Below are positions 6,274-11,394 of a stretch of 11,394 nucleotides of DNA, in pieces; position 1 is the stretch's first letter, and each line of letters starts with the position of its first letter. Where the stretch lies: the IMG/VR virus record IMGVR_UViG_2531839129_000022. The stretch is one strand, 5' to 3'. Below the pieces are notes generated by a model. That model had not been told where the DNA came from. It worked only from the letters and a program-made list of their open reading frames with translations, and made no database searches. The position numbers were made by a program, and so were the translations under genes. Source of the stretch: a virus (taxonomy: Duplodnaviria > Heunggongvirae > Uroviricota > Caudoviricetes).

Positions 6274-6693
6274 TCAGTACAGCAGAGGCTCGCGCAGTGA
6301 TGCCGGAATATGCCGCAGCGATAACTGAACCGCTTTCAGGGCAAGCGAGGAATAACAGCAGCGCGCCCAGCCTTTTGCCATTAACCGGTAATCGCGCCAG
6401 ATACGCTGCCACATTTCACGGACTTTCTGGTCTGATGCGCAGATGTATTCCCGGTCCATGACGTACTCCCATAAATCCACGTTGAACGCACCGCCAGATG
6501 CAATGGCACGGGATATGCTTTCGCCGCAATAACGCGCACAGATGCTGTAATGGTCGAAAGTAATCAGGTAAGTTTTTTCACCATAGCCATCAACTTTTCG
6601 GGCGCAAATAAACTCGCGTAATTCACCGCCGTTGTTATTGCGTTTCTGAATTCGGATTAATGCCTGAATTTCATTTCGGATTTTGTTGTTCAT
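6274..6693 (-). CDS. Early-region hypothetical protein (139 aa)
   Basis: Same-strand ORF tightly packed in the early operon; no recognisable motif. Confidence 0.5.
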   Translation of the reverse strand: MNNKIRNEIQALIRIQKRNNNGGELREFICARKVDGYGEKTYLITFDHYSICARYCGESISRAIASGGAFNVDLWEYVMDREYICASDQKVREMWQRIWRDYRLMAKGWARCCYSSLALKAVQLSLRHIPASLREPLLY

Positions 6694-6707
6694 TGCCGGA
6701 ATTCCTT

Positions 6708-6971
6708 TCAGTGGCGTGTTTTTTCAACAGCCATTTCAGTGACACTGCCACCTGTGATGACACCATCGTTTTTCAAAATCTCAATGGCTTCATGAGCTGA
6801 CTCATTAATTATTTTCTGGCTTTTGTTAAGCACCAATAACGCCACCAGACCTGCAAGTGTAGCCTCATCCCCTTCCATTTCCACACTACCACCTACCGCA
6901 ATACTGGTGCGCAAATGCCGTCCTTTAGTTCCAGATACTGTATTTTTAATTTCAATAATTACCTTTGCCAT
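6708..6971 (-). CDS. Early-region hypothetical protein (87 aa)
   Basis: Same-strand ORF in the early operon, 14-bp spacing to its neighbour. Confidence 0.45.
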   Translation of the reverse strand: MAKVIIEIKNTVSGTKGRHLRTSIAVGGSVEMEGDEATLAGLVALLVLNKSQKIINESAHEAIEILKNDGVITGGSVTEMAVEKTRH

Positions 6972-6982
6972 TTTGTTTCTCC

Positions 6983-7186
6983 TTATTGATTAACGGGTGT
7001 TGCCTTTGTGCTTTTTACGTTCTTAAAGACATTTTCGCTGATGATGGGCGACATGCAGACCAGCCTGTGACCATCAATAAATTCAAAAGCAACACCACCC
7101 TCAACAGTCGTTTCCATTACACTGACATTATCAAGGTTGATTAACTTACTGATTCCCAGATTATCGTGAATGTTTATCACCATCAT
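6983..7186 (-). CDS. Early-region hypothetical protein (67 aa)
   Basis: Same-strand small ORF in the early operon. Confidence 0.4.
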   Translation of the reverse strand: MMVINIHDNLGISKLINLDNVSVMETTVEGGVAFEFIDGHRLVCMSPIISENVFKNVKSTKATPVNQ

Positions 7187-7193
7187 TAAAATG

Positions 7194-7421
7194 CTACCTC
7201 CAGATTATCTGACAACCATTAAGACGGGCCGTCCATACAGAACGGGCCACCCCGGACTTATGCTCCATAATCCTGACCGCGTTTTTTACCAGTTCCACCG
7301 GTGGGTAAGTGATTTCAAGAATCGGACGCGCCACGCCGAGATATGATTCATTTACATGACTCCCGCGCGCCTGTAACCAGTTCTGCGCATCCGTTGCCAT
7401 TTTTATATTTCGGGCCATCAT
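7194..7421 (-). CDS. Small early protein immediately downstream of B (75 aa); position and size fit the Mu Kil host-killing/cell-division inhibitor, but I cannot confirm the identity from sequence
   Basis: The ORF starts 15 nt after the B stop on the same strand. The kil assignment is from recalled Mu genetics (kil maps just after B, product about 8 kDa), not from sequence recognition. Confidence 0.5.
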
Positions 7422-7436
7422 AATTTCTTCTCCTTC

Positions 7437-8375
7437 TTAATTACGCAGCAGCGTTGAAATATCAACGTCCAGGTCTAATTCACGGAAAGCCTGACGCAGA
7501 TAATCTTCGTTAACACGCTCACCTTTACCGTGAGCCGTCATGGCGGCAAGGCGAAGTGAATGATTCAGAATGCGAAGCGCACCTGGTTTCTGCGCAATCT
7601 GCTGTAATAACTCCAGTTCATTTTCGCCGTTAATCTGCCAGGCATCCGCAATAGCTTTTACATCGGCTTTTTTTGTTTTATTAATTGCAGTACGCTTTGC
7701 AATACGGGAAAACAGACGGGCAAATTCAACCGTTCTGTTACCCCCCGTCATATTTGAATAAACCCGGTGATTTCCCATCAGTACAAGGCCAATACGGGTT
7801 GATTCCTGTAACAGGCGGAGTTCTTCCAGAACTTCGGCACCAAGATGATCAGCTTCGTCGATGATAACCAGCCCCTGTGTACCTTCAAGGCGACGTCGCA
7901 GGGCACGGGAGAGTGGCCCTTTACGGCGTGGTGCGTCATTCATTCCCAGCTCAAACGCCAGTTCAGTAAGACATTCCAAAACGCTAGCACAGGATGGCGT
8001 AATGGTGATCATCCAGACATTGTTATTGGTGCGGCGATATTCACGGGCCGCTTCGGTTTTGCCCACACCAGGATTGCCACATACAACAGCAATACTTTCA
8101 GTCAGGCTGGCAAAACGCATACTTGTCCAGATTTGTTTTACCGTCTGCGTTTCCACAAAGCGGGGCGGTTCAGGTAGTTCTGCAACTGCATGATATTTTT
8201 CCAGCCAGCGTTGCAGCATTTGTGAAACACGCTCGTTATCCCCGTTGTACTTATCATTGATAAAACTACTGATAGTTCCGGTAGAAAGTCCGCTCTCAAG
8301 AGCAATTTGTTTAAAGGTGGTTTCTTCATTTTCTACAAGCGTGCGCAGTCCTGCGCGAATATCGGAAATATTCAT
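7437..8375 (-). CDS. B: MuB transposition target-DNA activator (AAA+ ATPase)
   Basis: 312 aa. Walker A GNPGVGKT and Walker B LVIIDEADHL are present, with an N-terminal HTH-like region. Matches Mu B as recalled. Confidence 0.93.
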   Translation of the reverse strand: MNISDIRAGLRTLVENEETTFKQIALESGLSTGTISSFINDKYNGDNERVSQMLQRWLEKYHAVAELPEPPRFVETQTVKQIWTSMRFASLTESIAVVCGNPGVGKTEAAREYRRTNNNVWMITITPSCASVLECLTELAFELGMNDAPRRKGPLSRALRRRLEGTQGLVIIDEADHLGAEVLEELRLLQESTRIGLVLMGNHRVYSNMTGGNRTVEFARLFSRIAKRTAINKTKKADVKAIADAWQINGENELELLQQIAQKPGALRILNHSLRLAAMTAHGKGERVNEDYLRQAFRELDLDVDISTLLRN

Positions 8376-8413
8376 CTGAATAACCTCGTAATTAAATTTT
8401 GTTAAAACGTTAA

Positions 8414-10405
8414 TTAAATGACTTTTTTACGTCTGTTCTGTTCCAGAATATCCAGTGAATGATTCAGATATTCATCACGATCAGTTTCATATTCATCATC
8501 GGCTTCCTGGTATTTCACCTGCACCGTGTTACCGGAAGGCCGGAAAATACCAACAACCCTTGATTCTGGTGCTGCTGGTTCGGCTATCTGCGGCAGCAGT
8601 TCAGCAACTTCCAGCGCGTCCATTTGTTTCTGCGCCTTAATGGCTGCTTTAGTTGCAGATTTCAGTTGTTTCTGGCGGCGGCGATATTCACGGCCTGCCG
8701 CTGCATCATTAAACGCAACAGGTGCCAGACATTCCGCTTCACAGATAAACCGACCGTCCAGGGTGTAACAATAAACCGTGCTGTGTAGCTGCTGCGGATC
8801 AAACCTGACCACAACTTTTTTCACGCCGGCATTCATTAATGCCATGTTGTAATAAACGTTTTTCGCGCCTTTAAGGGAGCCGCCAACTTTAAGCGTAAAC
8901 TCGCCTTTGCGTGAAACGTTCACCGCCTCGGCAGGCAGTAACAGCATCCGTTTTTGTTCTTCGGTTGGCTTACGCACAATCGTTCTGGCGTATTCACGCT
9001 CGAAAACATCATCAAACGAGAGTTTGCCCCCGCACATTTCTGTTTCACGGCCTGTTCTGGCATTGAACATCGCCACACCTTCGGCAAGGGTTTTCAGAAA
9101 CAGCTCTGCATCAACAGCGCGGTCGCCATAGTTATCAGGTTTTGCCTGAGGATTTGGCCCCGTATATGCGCCAGCCAGTGCCGGATGCTTATCAACGTAT
9201 TCCTCAAGCCCACCAACACCGAAAGCACGTTCAACAGGTTTTGCCTGGCCCCAGCCTTTACCAGCAACAACGCTTGTCCAGTGCATTTTCGCACCCATCA
9301 GTAAAAACAGTCCCTTTGGATCGTCTTCTTTCACCTTAAAGCGGTAGCGATTGGGCGCGCCTCCCGTCAGCCATTTATTCGCTGCACCACGGGTGTTATC
9401 AATGGTGATGTGAAAATCCTCCGGGATACCGTAGCGAGTCACAACATCCATGAACGAGAGGCGAATTGAATCAATGTTCTCGCTCACATCGCAGCGCCAG
9501 CCCAGAATTTTTCGGGTTTTCACATCCTGCCAGAACCATGTTTTCGGGCGGATCACATCACCGTTAAACCAGCGTACAAAGACGTTATGCAGATAACCGT
9601 CGCCGTTGATCCACTGCATGGCATCCAGGTGTTCCACAGTTCGCTGTTGTGCCGGTATCAGATGCATCAGTGCATGTTCACCTTCACGGCAGGCAACAAC
9701 CATTGCCTCGTCCAGTTGCTGAATCCGGCGAAAGGCCGTGGCACGGGAGGGAATACTCCAGCCATGCTCGCGGGCTGCCAGTTCCAGACGCTCATAACAT
9801 TTGCGGAAGGCGGGTTTTTCCGGTCGCAGATAATCTGCGATCAGAAACTGCCAGGCATCCTCGTCAAATTCACTTTTGTGAACGTTGCGACGGGATGCAC
9901 CACGTCCATCAACAAGCGCAGCCGCCCAGTCAGGCTTCGCAAACTTCTGTACCTGGTAATACTTGTCCCGCAAAGTGGATGCGCTGACCTGGTAATGCCC
10001 TGCAACGGTCGCAAAAGCCGTTTTTGTTGAAATCCCCTGGTTCAGCATTTCGTCTGCAGCCTGAACCGCAGGCAACCATTTTTCAGCAAGTCTGCGCTGG
10101 GAATCGCTGGCGTTATCCCATTTGCTCCACAGTGCCTCACGATCATAATCATGGGCTTCCAGCGTGGGGCGGGCGATTTCAAAATACCCCAGGCTTGTTT
10201 CAATCTCTCCTTGTCTCAGCAATAACGCCGCTTTCGCTTCAACAGGTAAAGAGTTCGCATTGTATTCAATTGCTTTACCACCTTTGACACCTGCTCTAGT
10301 GCGGTTTTGCCATCCTTGCTTTTTAGCAACATAAATCACACCAGCCGATGTTTTCGGCAAACCAGGAAGATTCGCACACTCTTTCGGTGATACCCAAAGT
10401 TCCAT
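8414..10405 (-). CDS. A: MuA DDE transposase
   Basis: 663 aa from [32 protein letters not shown]... The ORF track starts three codons earlier at a GTG, but the ATG at 10405 has AGGTGA 5 nt upstream. The N-terminal domain is visibly homologous to the c repressor N-terminus in this window. Confidence 0.95.
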
Positions 10406-10406
10406 G

Positions 10407-10634
10407 TTATTCACCTGCTTGATATCGGCTAGGCCAGATTACTTCCGGTTTAGTTTCTAAGGCGTTAGCAATAATCTGCTCACCCTTTGGCCAGTGTCGT
10501 TCTAGCGCATTAGCTAATGTAGTTGGCGCATAACCAAACTGCCGGGAAAGAGCTGATAAAGAGAGCTTTCTTTTCTTAAGTCCCGCAATCACATCCGCAC
10601 GATGCCAATCACGGGCCTTTTCGTTGGAACACAT
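10407..10634 (-). CDS. ner: Ner, negative regulator of early transcription (small DNA-binding protein)
   Basis: 75 aa [48 protein letters not shown]... with an AGGAGG SD 8 nt upstream. The stop is 1 nt before the A start codon. Confidence 0.9.
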
Positions 10635-10803
10635 TTAAAAACCCTCCTAAGTTTTGTAATCTATAAAGTTAGCAATTTAACTAAGTGTAAAAACTTAGCT
10701 AGCTTGCTAAAAAGATAATTACTGAAAAGCTTTTTGTAAAGCTGCTTTTTGGTAAATTCCTTTGATTACTGATTAATGCATTGATAAATAAGGGGTTTAA
10801 ATT
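10635..10803. promoter_or_regulatory. Divergent control region between ner and c: repressor operators (O1-O3), early promoter Pe (- strand), repressor promoter Pc (+ strand); in Mu this region also acts as the transpositional enhancer
   Basis: AT-rich 169-bp gap between divergent c and ner. Repeated GCTTTT-n-GTAA-type motifs (GCTTTTTGTAAA 10728..10739, GCTTTTTGGTAAA 10744..10756, inverted TTACTGAAAAGC 10719..10730). Palindrome CTAAGT-gtaaaa-ACTTAG at 10681..10698. IHF-consensus match TATCAATGCATTA on the - strand at 10774..10786. Confidence 0.7.
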
Positions 10804-11394
10804 TTGAAAAGTAACTTTATAGAAAAGGGTGATACTGAAAAGTCAATTTGGTGTTCGCCGCAAGAAATTATGGCTGCTGATGGTATGCCTGGATCTGTTG
10901 CTGGTGTTCACTATCGAGCAAATGTTCAAGGCTGGACGAAGCGGAAAAAGGAAGGTGTCAAGGGGGGGAAAGCTGTTGAATACGATGTGATGTCGATGCC
11001 CACCAAAGAACGAGAGCAAGTTATTGCGCACTTGGGGTTATCCACACCGGATACTGGTGCTCAAGCCAATGAGAAACAGGATTCTTCGGAACTGATAAAC
11101 AAATTAACCACAACCTTAATCAATATGATTGAAGAGCTGGAACCAGATGAAGCACGCAAGGCACTGAAACTTTTAAGTAAAGGGGGGTTGTTGGCGTTAA
11201 TGCCTCTTGTATTTAATGAACAGAAACTTTACAGCTTTATAGGATTTTCACAGCAAAGTATTCAGACGTTGATGATGCTAGATGCATTACCTGAAGAAAA
11301 ACGCAAAGAGATTTTGTCAAAGTATGGGATTCATGAACAGGAAAGTGTTGTAGTACCTTCACAGGAACCACAGGAGGTAAAAAAAGCCGTATAA
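10804..11394 (+). CDS. c: Mu-type lysogenic repressor c (Repc), TTG start
   Basis: 196 aa (M)KSNFIEKGDTEKSIWCSPQEIMAADGMPGSVAGVHYRANVQGW... The N-terminal DNA-binding domain is homologous to the MuA N-terminus. The initiation codon is TTG, with AAGGGG about 9 nt upstream. The stop is the last codon of the window. Confidence 0.9.
   Translation: MKSNFIEKGDTEKSIWCSPQEIMAADGMPGSVAGVHYRANVQGWTKRKKEGVKGGKAVEYDVMSMPTKEREQVIAHLGLSTPDTGAQANEKQDSSELINKLTTTLINMIEELEPDEARKALKLLSKGGLLALMPLVFNEQKLYSFIGFSQQSIQTLMMLDALPEEKRKEILSKYGIHEQESVVVPSQEPQEVKKAV

Larger units (their letters stand above)
1..11394 (-). mobile_element. Interior segment of a Mu-type transposable prophage (left ~11 kb of the Mu map, inverted relative to the window); neither phage end is in the window
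   Basis: Gene order c / operators / ner / A / B / small early ORFs / gam / gemA / mor / C / lys / spanins matches the Mu left arm. MuA DDE transposase, MuB AAA+ Walker motifs and the Mor/C paralog pair are all recognisable in the translations. c ends at the last base of the window, so the left end (attL) lies beyond 11394. Confidence 0.85.

Noticed and set aside
7570-10287. Multiple + strand ORFs (60 to 147 aa) inside B and A
   Set aside because: They are antisense to the transposase and MuB coding sequences, whose motifs (Walker A/B, transposase domains) validate the - strand frame.
10406-10414. ORF-track start of A at GTG 10414 (666 aa, MNNMELW...)
   Set aside because: The ATG at 10405 is preceded by AGGTGA at ideal spacing and gives the 663-aa product. 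The upstream GTG would overlap the ner stop with no SD.
1-11394. Searched for CRISPR repeats, tRNA/rRNA-like sequence and phage terminal repeats
   Set aside because: No regularly spaced direct repeats, no tRNA-like cloverleaf candidates and no terminal transposase-binding repeat cluster were seen. The window is entirely internal phage coding and regulatory DNA.

Overview
This window is the interior of a Mu-type transposable prophage (bacteriophage Mu or a near-identical relative), lying in inverted orientation; identification rests on recalled protein sequences and motifs, not a database search. The repressor gene c is on the + strand and runs to the window end. Below it sit the operator/promoter region and then, all on the - strand, ner, transposase A, B, a run of small early ORFs including gam, gemA and mor, the middle operon ending in C, and the start of the late lysis cassette (SAR endolysin plus overlapping spanins). 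There is no phage end, host junction, tRNA, rRNA or CRISPR array in the window. Most of it is well-described Mu biology, and I could not identify a defined new system. The best candidates for a second look are a 138-aa ORF on the opposite strand inside the otherwise unidirectional early operon, a C8/G8 homopolymer inside a middle-operon membrane ORF, hairpin and palindrome elements at the mor-to-middle-promoter and C-to-lys junctions, and several uncharacterised early proteins (zinc-ribbon, HTH-like).
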